Source: Gemmatimonas sp. (GTDB lineage: Bacteria > Gemmatimonadota > Gemmatimonadetes > Gemmatimonadales > Gemmatimonadaceae). Taken from it: a stretch of 64,000 bases of DNA. Location of the stretch: the NCBI GenBank assembly GCA_031414535.1, contig JANNVQ010000002.1, forward strand, positions 19,705 through 83,704. The letters are read 5' to 3'. How positions within the stretch are numbered: position 1 is the stretch's first letter; every line of letters begins with the position of its first letter. Positions 10,654 through 20,556 of this stretch are shown in pieces. A model generated the notes under the pieces. The model was not told the origin of the DNA. It saw nothing but the letters and a program-made list of their open reading frames with translations, and did not search any database. A program made the translations under genes and the position numbers.

Positions 10654-12702
10654 ATGTTTCGTGCGCTTGTTGGTTCGCTATTCCTCGCGTCGCTCCTCGT
10701 CCCGCCCGCGCTCAAGGCGCAGTCCACGCGAGCACCGCGCGATTCCGCCGCGCGCGATACCCTCGAATCGGTCGTCGTGCGTGCGGTGCGCGCCGGCGGG
10801 GCGGCACCGACCTCGCAGACGGTGCTTGATCGCGAAAAGATTGAGCGCAGTTACGTCGGGCAGGATGCGCCGCTCGCCTTGCTGGGCACCACGGGCGTGA
10901 CGGCGGCATCGGATGCGGGCACGTTTTCGGGATACAGTTCCATTCGCCTGCGAGGTGTGGACCAAACACGTCTCGCTATTTCCGTAGACGGCGTACCGCT
11001 CAATGATCCCGAAGATCAGGTGCTGTACTTCTCGAACGTCCCGGACTTCATGAATTCCATGCAGACGGTGCGCGTGCAGCGCGGCGTGGGGTCGAGTGCG
11101 TTCGGCACGGCCTCGTTGGCGGGTTCGCTGGACTTTGAGTCGCTACCCTTGCTCACGACGCCAGCCTTTCGTGAGCTGCAGGTGAGCGGTGGGTCATGGG
11201 GCACCCGGCGCACGAGCGTGGAGGCCGCGTCGGGTGCGCGCGGACGCTTCGCCGCCTACGGGCGTGTGTCGGCGCAGGAGACTGATGGATATCGGGAGCA
11301 CTCGGGGAATCGCGCCGCCTCGGGCTTCGTCTCGCTGGGCTGGTTCGGTGCCAACGACGCGCTCAAGTTCACGGGCTTCGCGGGACGCTCGCGGATGCAG
11401 TTGGCCTACTACGCGCCCAGCGAAGGCGCACTGGCCGCGAACCCCCGCGCCAATCCGATGGGTGTTGACGAACGAGACAACTTCCGGCAGGAGATGGCCA
11501 GTCTGCAGTACACGCGGGTGTTGAAGCCTGGGTTGACGCTGACCACGACGGGGTATCGCAACTCAGCGGGCGGCTGGTACGACGTAAACGTCGGCGATCC
11601 GACGCTCTGGCGCTTCAACCTCGATCACGTGTGGTATGGCGCGCTGTCCGTGCTGAACTGGAGCGGTGATGTGGTGAACGTGTCGGCGGGCGCGCATCTG
11701 AGTGACTACGCGCGCGACCACTTTCTCAATATCAAGCCGGATGTCAGCGCACGCGTCTATGACAACACCGGCCACAAGCAGGAGCAGAGTGCGTTTGTGA
11801 AGGCCACGATGACGCACGGGCCGGTGGATTGGCACCTGGATGTTCAGCTGCGACGGGCCGCCTTCAGGTACGCACCGAGCGCCGGCACCACATTCGCGGA
11901 TCCTCAGGCGGACTGGTTGTTTGTGAATCCCAAAGTAGGCGTAACGTGGCGCGCGCGTCCGGCCCTTGAGGTCTTCGCATCACTGGGGCAAGCGCAGCGT
12001 GAGCCGACGCGTAGCGACATGTTTGCCGGCGCCGACGACCTAGATGACGCCGCCGCGGCAGATGTGCTTCCGCTGACCCGAGTGAAGCCTGAGCGTCTCA
12101 CCGATCTCGAAGTCGGTGCGCGGTACAGACGCGGCGCGCTCCAAGCCAGTGTAAACGGCTTCGCGATGCAGTTTCGCGACGAGATCGCCCCCATTGGGCA
12201 GCTGAGCGTCACCGGTAGTCAACTGCGCCGCAATGTAGACCGCTCCTCTCGCGTGGGCGTGGAAGCGGAGCTCGCTTGGCAACTGTTCTCCTCGCTCGGC
12301 ATCACGGCCAATGCCATGCTCATGCGCGCGCGCATTGAGGAGTTCACCGACGAGGCGACGGCCACCACGTACACCGATGTGCGGCCCCTCCTGACCCCAG
12401 CCGTGCTGGCCAATGCAGAGGTGGCCTGGAACCCGAGCTCAACACTGGAACTGACGGTGAACGCACGGCATGTGGCGAAGTCGCAGCTCGCAAATGATGG
12501 TAACGACGCCCTGGTCACCCCCGCCTTCACGATTGCCGATGCCGGAGCCGCGTACCGTTTTGCCCGCGCGACACTGCGCGTGCAGGTGCAGAACCTCTTT
12601 GATGCGACCGCCTACGCGAGCGGCTACACCGACGGCACCGAGCGCTACTTTTTCCCGGTGGCCACACGCACCCTGATGGCGACGATTGCGCTACGCTTCT
12701 AA
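10654..12702 (+). CDS. TonB-dependent receptor, probably thiamine uptake
   Basis: Signal peptide, LESVVV TonB box, plug motif (IRLRG...DGVPLNDPED), C-terminal F; downstream of the TPP riboswitch. Confidence 0.85.
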   Translation: MFRALVGSLFLASLLVPPALKAQSTRAPRDSAARDTLESVVVRAVRAGGAAPTSQTVLDREKIERSYVGQDAPLALLGTTGVTAASDAGTFSGYSSIRLRGVDQTRLAISVDGVPLNDPEDQVLYFSNVPDFMNSMQTVRVQRGVGSSAFGTASLAGSLDFESLPLLTTPAFRELQVSGGSWGTRRTSVEAASGARGRFAAYGRVSAQETDGYREHSGNRAASGFVSLGWFGANDALKFTGFAGRSRMQLAYYAPSEGALAANPRANPMGVDERDNFRQEMASLQYTRVLKPGLTLTTTGYRNSAGGWYDVNVGDPTLWRFNLDHVWYGALSVLNWSGDVVNVSAGAHLSDYARDHFLNIKPDVSARVYDNTGHKQEQSAFVKATMTHGPVDWHLDVQLRRAAFRYAPSAGTTFADPQADWLFVNPKVGVTWRARPALEVFASLGQAQREPTRSDMFAGADDLDDAAAADVLPLTRVKPERLTDLEVGARYRRGALQASVNGFAMQFRDEIAPIGQLSVTGSQLRRNVDRSSRVGVEAELAWQLFSSLGITANAMLMRARIEEFTDEATATTYTDVRPLLTPAVLANAEVAWNPSSTLELTVNARHVAKSQLANDGNDALVTPAFTIADAGAAYRFARATLRVQVQNLFDATAYASGYTDGTERYFFPVATRTLMATIALRF

Positions 12703-12710
12703 GTTATGTG

Positions 12711-13199
12711 ATGCCTATCCGCACGCTCCAGCAGGAACTTAAGCAGTCCAAGCCCTTCGATACTCCAGCGGATGAGGCGTTGGTGGCGCTCATGCGCAGC
12801 GCCTCACTCGTTCGCCGGGCCATTGCGCAGCGGGTGGAGCCCTATGGCATCTCGCCGGCGCAGTACAACGTCATGCGCATTCTCCGTGGGGCAGGAGCCG
12901 AGGGGCTGCCCACGCTCGCCGTGCGCGATCGCCTGATTGAAGAGGCGCCAGGAATCACGCGGGTGATGGACAAGCTTGAAGAGGCGGGGCATGTGGCACG
13001 GAAGCGCGCCAGGGATGACCGCCGCGTCGTGCATTGCGTCATCACCGATCAGGGCCTGCGCCTGCTCGCCGCGATGGATACCCTCGTGCACGAGACAGCC
13101 CAGCTCATCACGACGGGTCTGCCGGATGAGGCCGAGCAGCAGGCACTGATTGTATTGCTCGCGAAGGTCAGGGCTGGGTTGGACGACGCGGCGCGCTGA
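12711..13199 (+). CDS. MarR-family transcriptional regulator
   Basis: QYNVMRILRG...ITRVMDKLE...DDRRVV wHTH pattern. Confidence 0.88.
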   Translation: MPIRTLQQELKQSKPFDTPADEALVALMRSASLVRRAIAQRVEPYGISPAQYNVMRILRGAGAEGLPTLAVRDRLIEEAPGITRVMDKLEEAGHVARKRARDDRRVVHCVITDQGLRLLAAMDTLVHETAQLITTGLPDEAEQQALIVLLAKVRAGLDDAAR

Positions 13200-14679
13200 C
13201 CTCGCGCATCACGTAGAACTCGTCTCCCTCGAGCACGCGGTCCACGACATCCATGCCCGCGACCACCACACCGAACACCGTGTAGTCCTGCGTCAGGCGC
13301 GCATTGTCGCGGAGGTTGATGAACCACTGCGCGTCGCCGGTGTCATGGCCGCGAGTACTCATTCCCACGCTGCCGCGCGGATGTGGAATCGTCCCGAGCT
13401 CATCCACCAAGAAGAACTTTGATCCCGCGTATTCGTTGTCCGCGCGACTGCCGCCTTGAATCACAAATCCCGGCTCCACGCGGTGCCAGCGTTGGCCGTT
13501 GTAGCCAGAGGCGCGGACGCGAGCGAGGACGCGCGCTGCCATAATCGGTGCGACGTCGCCGCGCAGTTCTACGGTAAAGCTGGCACCGCCGTGCAGCCGC
13601 GAGCTGATGACCTCGATAAAGCGCGATTCGCCGAGCGCGAGCGCCACGACTTCGCGGGGCAGGGAATCCGGCTGTCGCAGCAACCAAGCTTCTGGCGTGC
13701 TATCGCCAAGGATGCGCCGTAAGGCGCTGCGCACATCGCGTTCCGAGGCGATGTTGCGCGCGGTCACGCTGCTCAACGCGCGCTGCGTCGTCGGCTGGGC
13801 GGACGGCGACATGCTTCCTTTGAGTGCCTCGGCGGCGGCCAGTGCCACTTGTGGCACGGTAGACGCGAGATGTGAGAGGTACAGAGCGTCGTAGGCGTGC
13901 CCAGCGACGCGAGAGAGGCCTTGGATCGCCGCCTCAGCCACGTTGCCGTCGGCGTCCCTCGCGAGGCGTCGCAATAGCACGGTGTCGCGCGTGATGAGGG
14001 CCGCGCGAGCTGCCGCGCGTCGCACCTGTGGCATCGAGTGCCGTGCGTAGCGGTAGCTCAACGTAAAGACGGAGTCTGGCGCCAGCGACGCATAGCTTAC
14101 CAGCGCCGCTGCACCCTCGTGCCACGAACCCCGCGAGCGCTGGCGGGAGCTGGCGTTGGCCGGCAGATCGCGAATGAACCGGCGGAGCGCCGCGAGCATC
14201 TCGGGATGCGAGTTGCAGGCCGCTTGGTTTCCTGCAAGGACAATCGCCCGAAGGCGTACCTGAATGGCAGAGTCACCGACGGCGCGGTAGAGGGTATCGC
14301 AGCCGACAGTGCGCGGCGAAAGCGTCCGGAAGCGCTCCGCCCACTCCGGCACTGCCCACACTGGTAGCGGCCGAGTATCAGGTCGCCCCAGCGAATCGCG
14401 AGCGGCAAAGCTCGAATCGGAGATACGCGCCGCGGCTCGACGGCTGATGCCGCGCACGCGGGGATCGGCGTGGGCGGCCCCCACTCGTAGCGCCTCGGCG
14501 CCGGCATCGCGCTGTTCCTCCGCCGTAAGGACGGCGTAAATGAGGGCCGAGTCCGCGGGCGTGAGTTCGCGCGTCGCAGGTTGCTGGGCGCCGGCGGAAG
14601 GGGCGTGGAGGGCTACGGCGCTGGCTGCCAGAAGGCAAGCGCGACCGAGGATATTCGAGGTCCTGGAGATCTTACACAT
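13168..14679 (-). CDS. Exported HEAT-repeat + cyclophilin-type peptidyl-prolyl isomerase
   Basis: C-terminal HRVEPGFVIQGG, GSVGMS, DTGDAQWFINL, YTVFG; HEAT-like repeats; signal peptide. Confidence 0.8.
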   Translation of the reverse strand: MCKISRTSNILGRACLLAASAVALHAPSAGAQQPATRELTPADSALIYAVLTAEEQRDAGAEALRVGAAHADPRVRGISRRAAARISDSSFAARDSLGRPDTRPLPVWAVPEWAERFRTLSPRTVGCDTLYRAVGDSAIQVRLRAIVLAGNQAACNSHPEMLAALRRFIRDLPANASSRQRSRGSWHEGAAALVSYASLAPDSVFTLSYRYARHSMPQVRRAAARAALITRDTVLLRRLARDADGNVAEAAIQGLSRVAGHAYDALYLSHLASTVPQVALAAAEALKGSMSPSAQPTTQRALSSVTARNIASERDVRSALRRILGDSTPEAWLLRQPDSLPREVVALALGESRFIEVISSRLHGGASFTVELRGDVAPIMAARVLARVRASGYNGQRWHRVEPGFVIQGGSRADNEYAGSKFFLVDELGTIPHPRGSVGMSTRGHDTGDAQWFINLRDNARLTQDYTVFGVVVAGMDVVDRVLEGDEFYVMREVSAPRRPTQP

Positions 14680-14741
14680 AGCCAGATGCTACTTTAGCCG
14701 CGTAGACCCGGAAAGTCCCCGCGGCTAGAATTCCTGTACCT

Positions 14742-15263
14742 ATGATGCTTGTCCTCAAGTTCCTCCAGACGCTTCTTAAGGCGCTCAACTCGGATGGCAC
14801 GCCGGGACAAGTGGGTATGGGCATGGCGGTGGGGCTCTGCTTTGGTCTCACGCCATTGGTCTCGCTGCACAACCTGCTCGTACTGGCCGTGGCGATGCTC
14901 ACCACGCTGTCGTTCCCCGGTGTGTTCCTCGGCTGGGCCATTGCCACGCCGCTGGGCTTTATGCTCGACCCGCTGTTCGATCGCATCGGGATGGCGCTAC
15001 TGACTAACGACGCCCTCGCGCCGATGTTCGTGTGGATTGTCAACACACCCGTCATCGCGCTTTCGCGCCTGAACAATTCTGTGGTGCTCGGGAGCCTCGT
15101 CGCGTGGCTGGTGCTGCTCGTGCCGAGCTACTTCCTGTTCACGGTGCTCGTGCGTCGCTATCGCGCGGATGTGTACGCGCACGTGCAGAAGTGGAAGGTG
15201 GTGCAAGTCGTGAAGGGCTCAAAGGCATTTGAGCTCTACCAGTCATGGTGGCCGTCCACGTGA
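14742..15263 (+). CDS. TIGR03546-like membrane protein (DUF2062-like)
   Basis: LLKALNS..TPGQ, FGLTP, NNSVVLGS; paired with the next gene. Confidence 0.75.
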   Translation: MMLVLKFLQTLLKALNSDGTPGQVGMGMAVGLCFGLTPLVSLHNLLVLAVAMLTTLSFPGVFLGWAIATPLGFMLDPLFDRIGMALLTNDALAPMFVWIVNTPVIALSRLNNSVVLGSLVAWLVLLVPSYFLFTVLVRRYRADVYAHVQKWKVVQVVKGSKAFELYQSWWPST

Positions 15264-17077
15264 GATACATACGCTGGAAGGCTCTGCTGCCCTTGAGCGT
15301 GGTGCTCGGGCTGATTGCGCTGTGGGCCCTTCTGTTTGCCGACCGCACGCTCAAGTGGGCGGTGGAAGCGGGTGGGACCGCGGCCGTGGGTGCGCGCGTG
15401 GATGTGGCGCGTGCACAGTTGGGGATTCTCGATGGCCGCGTGGCACTCGAGGGTCTGGCGGTGACGGACCCGAATGCGCCGATGACGAACATGTTCGAGG
15501 TGGAGGCGCTGGTATTCACTGTCGGTCTTCGGCCGGCCTTGGAGAAAAAGGTTGTCATTGATACCGCATCGGCACTTGGCATCCGCTTCGGGACGCCTCG
15601 GCGGGTCTCTGGCGCGATACCGCAGAAGCGAAAAGACGCGGAAGAGACGTCTGCCGTGATGGAGGCCTTCAGGCGGCAAGTGAAAGTGCCGCCGCTTGAG
15701 CTCTCCACGCTCACGAAGTCCGTAGACGTTGGCGCAATTTCCGCGGACTCTCTCGCAACGCTGCGCGAAGCGCGGCACGCGCTGGCATTTGCCGATACGG
15801 CCAAGGCCAAGTTGCTAGCCGACATCGCAGCCGCTGATCCTCGGCCCACGCTGGACTCCGCCCAAGCCCTCGCCACGCGCTTGCAGAGCGCCAACCTCCG
15901 CACCCTTGGCATTGGCGGAGCGCGGCAAGCCGTGACTGATGTGCGGCGGACCCTGCGCGATTTGGGACAGCTCGACGACAAGCTCAAGGCGCTCGACACG
16001 GAGACGCGGGGCAATGCCGCGGGCATGCAGGCACGCCTGGCGGCCATTCCGGCTGCACGCACCGAGGACTACGCCTACGCGCGTTCGCTGCTAAAACTAC
16101 CGAGCTTCGAAGTCCCAAGCATCGGCCCGCAACTCTTCAGTGATCTTGTGGCCGAGAAGATGGCTGGCGTGATGTACTGGCTCGAACGAGCCCAGAAGTA
16201 CGTGCCGCCCGGATTACAGCGGCAGATGCAACCGGGCCGCGATCGCGTGAGAGCGGCGGGCACCGACGTGCTGTTTCCGAAGGAGCGAGTGTATCCCGAC
16301 TTTTTGATGCGGCTGGCCGAACTGTCGCTCACGCTCGGCGGTGAGGGTGCAAACGCGGGCAATTACTCCGCCAAGATTGTGGGACTGACCTCGCAACCTG
16401 CGGTGTATGGGGCGCCAACCACGTTCGCCTTGTCACGATTGGGCGGGCAGGCTGGGCCGCGCGATATTCGCGTGCAGGGATTCTTCGATCATCGTTCGGC
16501 GCCCGTGCGTGATACCATCGCGGCGAGCTTCGTGGGGATCACGCTTCCCACCTTCCCGCTCGGAGGACTCGGGGGGGCCGTGGTACTTGGCAGCGGGTTC
16601 TCGCAGCTTACAGTCGAACGGCGCGGCGAGGCCATGACTGGGCGTTGGCTGTGGCGCGCGCCGAGTGTGACCTGGCAGCGCGACAGCACGCGGCCACGCC
16701 CAGCCAACGCGCGCACGGCGTTCGTTGAGGACGCGCTGTGGCGAGCCCTTGCTCGCGTGGACTCGGTGGAGATTGATGCGCGCTTTGGCGGCACGCTGCG
16801 CAACCCGACGCTGGCAATTCGTACCAACATCGCCGACGCGATGGCCAATGCGCTCAAGGAGCAGCTCGGCGAGGAAGTACGTCGTGCCGAGCAACAGGTG
16901 CGCGCGCGTGTGAATGCGTTGGTGGATGAGGAGGTTGCGAAGGCGCGGGCCGCAGCCGAAGCGGCAAAGGTTCAGGTGACGGAGCGCATTGCCGCGGAGC
17001 GTGCGCGGCTTGAGGTGCAGAAGACGGCTCTGGAAGCGCGCCTGCGCGAGCTCACACGCATCCCAGGCATTAGCTGA
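15245..17077 (+). CDS. TIGR03545-like protein (membrane-anchored, AsmA-like start)
   Basis: IRWK + TM anchor, GARVD, DPNAPMTN, FGTPR motifs; C-terminal coiled coil. Confidence 0.7.
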   Translation: MVAVHVRYIRWKALLPLSVVLGLIALWALLFADRTLKWAVEAGGTAAVGARVDVARAQLGILDGRVALEGLAVTDPNAPMTNMFEVEALVFTVGLRPALEKKVVIDTASALGIRFGTPRRVSGAIPQKRKDAEETSAVMEAFRRQVKVPPLELSTLTKSVDVGAISADSLATLREARHALAFADTAKAKLLADIAAADPRPTLDSAQALATRLQSANLRTLGIGGARQAVTDVRRTLRDLGQLDDKLKALDTETRGNAAGMQARLAAIPAARTEDYAYARSLLKLPSFEVPSIGPQLFSDLVAEKMAGVMYWLERAQKYVPPGLQRQMQPGRDRVRAAGTDVLFPKERVYPDFLMRLAELSLTLGGEGANAGNYSAKIVGLTSQPAVYGAPTTFALSRLGGQAGPRDIRVQGFFDHRSAPVRDTIAASFVGITLPTFPLGGLGGAVVLGSGFSQLTVERRGEAMTGRWLWRAPSVTWQRDSTRPRPANARTAFVEDALWRALARVDSVEIDARFGGTLRNPTLAIRTNIADAMANALKEQLGEEVRRAEQQVRARVNALVDEEVAKARAAAEAAKVQVTERIAAERARLEVQKTALEARLRELTRIPGIS

Positions 17078-17148
17078 TCCGCAGGACTCGCCTTTGGCTA
17101 AGGCTCTCGGTTGGCGCTATGATTGATGGTCCTTTACAGGGGCTGCAG

Positions 17149-17937
17149 ATGGTGACGCTGGGTCGCGTGTTTGCGTTAGTGCTCGTATTGCTGGCTGGAG
17201 CCGGGCAAGCAGAGGCTCAGGGCTTCGTAGGGAGCTGGGAGTACACGGCGCCAAACGGGACCAAGATTTCCTTGGTGCTCCGCCAAGATGGGCGCCGAGT
17301 CTTAGGGAGCCTGAGCGGTAACGGGTCTCGCTTCGAGGTCGAAGCAGAAATCGCGGCCGACGGACTTTTCTATGGGACCGCCAAAGCCCAAGCAGGGTCG
17401 CTGTTCATTGGTGGCGAGCTGAACGGCGAACAACTCGGTGTCGCGTTGGCGGAAATGGCGGCCGCTGGCGTGCCCGACATGCGCAATGCGCAGGAGATGC
17501 GTATGCAGCGCGTCTCGGCAGGCGCGGTGACACCAGGTGCTCCGACGGGTCCATCGCCGAGTAATCCCGGGGGAAGCAACCCAAGTGCGAGCAGTCCCGC
17601 TGACCAGCAACTCTCGCAACTGCTGACGTCTAGCCCGTGGTGCTACATGCGTTATTCGCAGGCCATGGGCGCCACGAGCACGGAGCGCGTGGTATTCTCG
17701 CGTGACGGTCGCGTGGTGAGCCGTATGCAGCGTGAAAGTTCCGTGAATAATCGCGAAGGCAGCTACTACGGCAATAGCACGGACGGAGAGCAGGGTTTCT
17801 GGCGCGTGCAGAATGGCAACCTGATGCTTTCCGCAGACGGACAGAATTTTCAGCCGGCACCGATCTCGGTGGCGCCGAACAGCAATGGCGCGCCCATCAT
17901 TACGACGGGTGGCAAGGAATACAACCGCTGCAATTGA
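17149..17937 (+). CDS. Secreted hypothetical protein
   Basis: Signal peptide (AEA-Q), two beta-rich domains joined by a Pro/Ser/Gly linker; start uncertain (17119 possible). Confidence 0.6.
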   Translation: MVTLGRVFALVLVLLAGAGQAEAQGFVGSWEYTAPNGTKISLVLRQDGRRVLGSLSGNGSRFEVEAEIAADGLFYGTAKAQAGSLFIGGELNGEQLGVALAEMAAAGVPDMRNAQEMRMQRVSAGAVTPGAPTGPSPSNPGGSNPSASSPADQQLSQLLTSSPWCYMRYSQAMGATSTERVVFSRDGRVVSRMQRESSVNNREGSYYGNSTDGEQGFWRVQNGNLMLSADGQNFQPAPISVAPNSNGAPIITTGGKEYNRCN

Positions 17938-17951
17938 AGGAGATGCTGTAA

Positions 17952-18878
17952 ATGGCCATCGGACGTTCGCTGCTGCTTGCAGCGGCAAAGAGTGACACGC
18001 TGAATCGCATTGCCACCAAGAGCTCGGTGGTAAAGCGTGCGACGCGCGCCTTCATGCCGGGCGAGACGATGGACGACGGCCTCGCGGCTGGCGCGGGGAT
18101 AGCGGCCTCGGGCCGGCAGATTCTCTACACGCGCTTGGGCGAGGCCCTGACGGACATTCGCGAGGCCGATGGCGTACGCGACCACTACCTTCGCTTGTTC
18201 GACGCCATCAAGCAGCGCGGGTTGCCCGCCCAGGTGAGCGTGAAGCCCACGCAGTTGGGCTTTGATCAATCGCTGGATACGTGCGCCGAGCATTGCGCGG
18301 CGCTGGCTGATAGGGCAGAGCAGACGGGCTCGGCGCTGTGGCTCGACATGGAAGATTCCACCACGGTTGATCGCACCCTAGAACTGTACCGAGTCATTCG
18401 CCAGCGACATGCGCGCGCGGGTCTCGCGCTCCAGGCCTATCTCTACCGCACGCCAAAGGATGTGGACGCGCTGCTACCGTTGGGCCCAACCATTCGATTG
18501 GTGAAGGGCGCCTACGCCGAGCCGACGAACGTCGCGTTCCCGGTGAAGGCGGACACCGATCATGCCTACGAGGAGATTGCGGTGCAGATGCTGGAGGCCG
18601 CCAAGCGCGGGAACTGCACGCCCATTCTCGGGACGCACGATGTGCCCTTGCTTCGCCGCATCATCACGAGAGCACGCGCGCTCGGCGTGAAGCCGGGTCA
18701 GTATGAAGTCCATATGCTCTTCGGCATTCGCGATCGCGAGCAACTGATGCTCAAGGCCGAAGGCGAACGGGTGGCCACGCTCATTTCGTACGGCGAGGCG
18801 TGGTATCGCTGGTACATGCGCCGTTTAGCGGAGCGTCCGGCGAATGTGGGGTTTGTGGTGCGGTCGTTTTTTGGGTAA
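17952..18878 (+). CDS. Proline dehydrogenase (monofunctional)
   Basis: SVKPTQLG, LDMED, LQAYL, RLVKGAY, GTHD, YMRRLAERPAN motifs. Confidence 0.92.
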   Translation: MAIGRSLLLAAAKSDTLNRIATKSSVVKRATRAFMPGETMDDGLAAGAGIAASGRQILYTRLGEALTDIREADGVRDHYLRLFDAIKQRGLPAQVSVKPTQLGFDQSLDTCAEHCAALADRAEQTGSALWLDMEDSTTVDRTLELYRVIRQRHARAGLALQAYLYRTPKDVDALLPLGPTIRLVKGAYAEPTNVAFPVKADTDHAYEEIAVQMLEAAKRGNCTPILGTHDVPLLRRIITRARALGVKPGQYEVHMLFGIRDREQLMLKAEGERVATLISYGEAWYRWYMRRLAERPANVGFVVRSFFG

Positions 18879-18923
18879 GACGGACGACGGATGCTGTTCG
18901 CGTCCGTCATTCGTCATCCGTCC
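18879..18923. repeat. Second GACGGAT-heptamer inverted repeat
   Basis: GACGGACGACGGATGC / GCGTCCGTCATTCGTCATCCGTCC; right arm 22/24 identical to 1009-1032; between convergent genes. Confidence 0.8.
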
Positions 18924-18924
18924 T

Positions 18925-19371
18925 CTACGGAAACACAAACGTCCGATAGCTGAGTTGCCGGTCCGCCACGGCCTTCACGAGGTCGGTCGTGGTGATGATG
19001 CCAATCAGCTTGTCGCCTTCCACCACGGGCAGGCGGTGGACCTGCTCCTTCTGCATCATCTCGGCGGCGCGACTTGCTGGGGCGTCCGGGGCGATCGTTG
19101 CGAGTGGGCCCGGCGTCATCGCCTCATCCACTGTGTGATCGTCGAGAATGCCGTGCTCCATTCCGCCGCTCACGGCTTCCGGATCTGCCGGCAACGCAGA
19201 GATGAAGTCGAGCAGATCACGCGCCGAGATCATCCCGATCACTTTGCCGAGCCGAACTACCGGTGCTCCGCTGACGTGCTCGGTGGCGAGCAGTTCCGCG
19301 GTCTCGCGGATGGTGGTGTTTGGGGCAACGTGAAACACATCGCGGGTCATGAGGTCGCGGACTTTCAGCAT
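18925..19371 (-). CDS. CBS-domain protein
   Basis: VRDLMT...SGAPVV...GMISARDL and HRLPVV...GIITTTDL; GGGGGAG RBS before ATG 19371. Confidence 0.88.
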   Translation of the reverse strand: MLKVRDLMTRDVFHVAPNTTIRETAELLATEHVSGAPVVRLGKVIGMISARDLLDFISALPADPEAVSGGMEHGILDDHTVDEAMTPGPLATIAPDAPASRAAEMMQKEQVHRLPVVEGDKLIGIITTTDLVKAVADRQLSYRTFVFP

Positions 19372-19555
19372 TTCTCCCCCTGCGCACAGTGAGCCAACGC
19401 TTGAAAGTTCGGCCGGGGGGGAGGTGCTTGGTATCGGGGGGTACCCGCGGCGGATGTGAGGGAACACCTCTCAGGGTGCTTGCGGAAAGAATCCCTAGTA
19501 TATTACCGTATCGGAGTACGCTCAAGCAGAATGTCCCCCTGGTGAGGTGCTTTGA

Positions 19556-20521
19556 ATGCAGCGGTCTCTTCCCGCCTTGCGCGCTGTCCTGTTTGCTCTG
19601 ACGGCTTTCACCGTTGGCGCGTGTGCGGAACGCGCGCCCGCACCAGCCGACCAGAACCAGCCGGCCATGCAGTTCACCGAGGCAAACTGGAAGCCTCAGC
19701 GCGAAGCCGACATTCCGAACGACTCGATGGGCGCGTCCGTGCGCCGCGGTCTTTACTTGCTGCGCTTCACGCCGGAATCTCTCCCGCAGTTCGCAACATC
19801 GGGACTCCGCTGCACCTCCTGCCACCAAGACGACGGGCTCAAGCCCACAGCGGCTCCGCTCACGGGTTCGCACGCCCGATTCCCGAAGTACATGGGGCGT
19901 ACAGGCGCCGTCATCACGCTCGCCGACCGCGTGAATTACTGCTTCACTCGCTCCCTCGCGGGCAACGTGCTGCCCGTGGATAGTCGCGAGATGACGGACC
20001 TGCTCGCTTACATGGCATTTGTTTCGCAGGATGTGCCGACGAACTACAAGCTCGCTGGTCACGACGGCCTTATCTCCATGCCCGATACGCTCGACGGAGA
20101 CGTGGCTCGCGGTGAGGCGCTGTACGTCTCCAAGACCTGTAGCAGCTGCCATGGTGCGGATGGCAACGGAATCGGCGTGCTGCCACCGCTGTGGGGACCG
20201 CGCTCGTATTCGATCGGTGCGAGCATGTCGCGCATCGAGCGTGCGGCGAGCTTCATCTACCACAACATGCCACAGTCCGCCCCTGGCACCTTGACGCATC
20301 AGGAAGCCTTCGATCTGTCCGCGTACATCAACAGCAAGCCGCGCCCGGATTCGCCCGCCAAGGAGCTGGACTTCCCGGTGGGCGGGAATGCGCCCGACGT
20401 GCCCTACGACTTGAACTCTGGCCACAAGGCCTTCCGTCCGCCGCCACTGTTGCCGCGCGCCACGCCCATGAAGGCGGTTGTGCCGGTGCCACAGCGCGCG
20501 GCCGCTCGCGGAGCACGCTGA
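19556..20521 (+). CDS. tsdA: Diheme c-type cytochrome, thiosulfate dehydrogenase TsdA-like (lipoprotein)
   Basis: CTSCH and CSSCH; RVNYCFTRS with the heme-1 Cys ligand; PPLWG...SIGASM; NMP; lipobox VGAC. Confidence 0.8.
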   Translation: MQRSLPALRAVLFALTAFTVGACAERAPAPADQNQPAMQFTEANWKPQREADIPNDSMGASVRRGLYLLRFTPESLPQFATSGLRCTSCHQDDGLKPTAAPLTGSHARFPKYMGRTGAVITLADRVNYCFTRSLAGNVLPVDSREMTDLLAYMAFVSQDVPTNYKLAGHDGLISMPDTLDGDVARGEALYVSKTCSSCHGADGNGIGVLPPLWGPRSYSIGASMSRIERAASFIYHNMPQSAPGTLTHQEAFDLSAYINSKPRPDSPAKELDFPVGGNAPDVPYDLNSGHKAFRPPPLLPRATPMKAVVPVPQRAAARGAR

Positions 20522-20556
20522 CGTGACGTGGCAACGCCTCCTCAGAACTGCGACAG

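Noticed and set aside
19480..19520. AT-rich patch upstream of tsdA as promoter or ArsR operator
   Set aside because: The -35/-10 spacing is poor and the palindrome is too weak to call.
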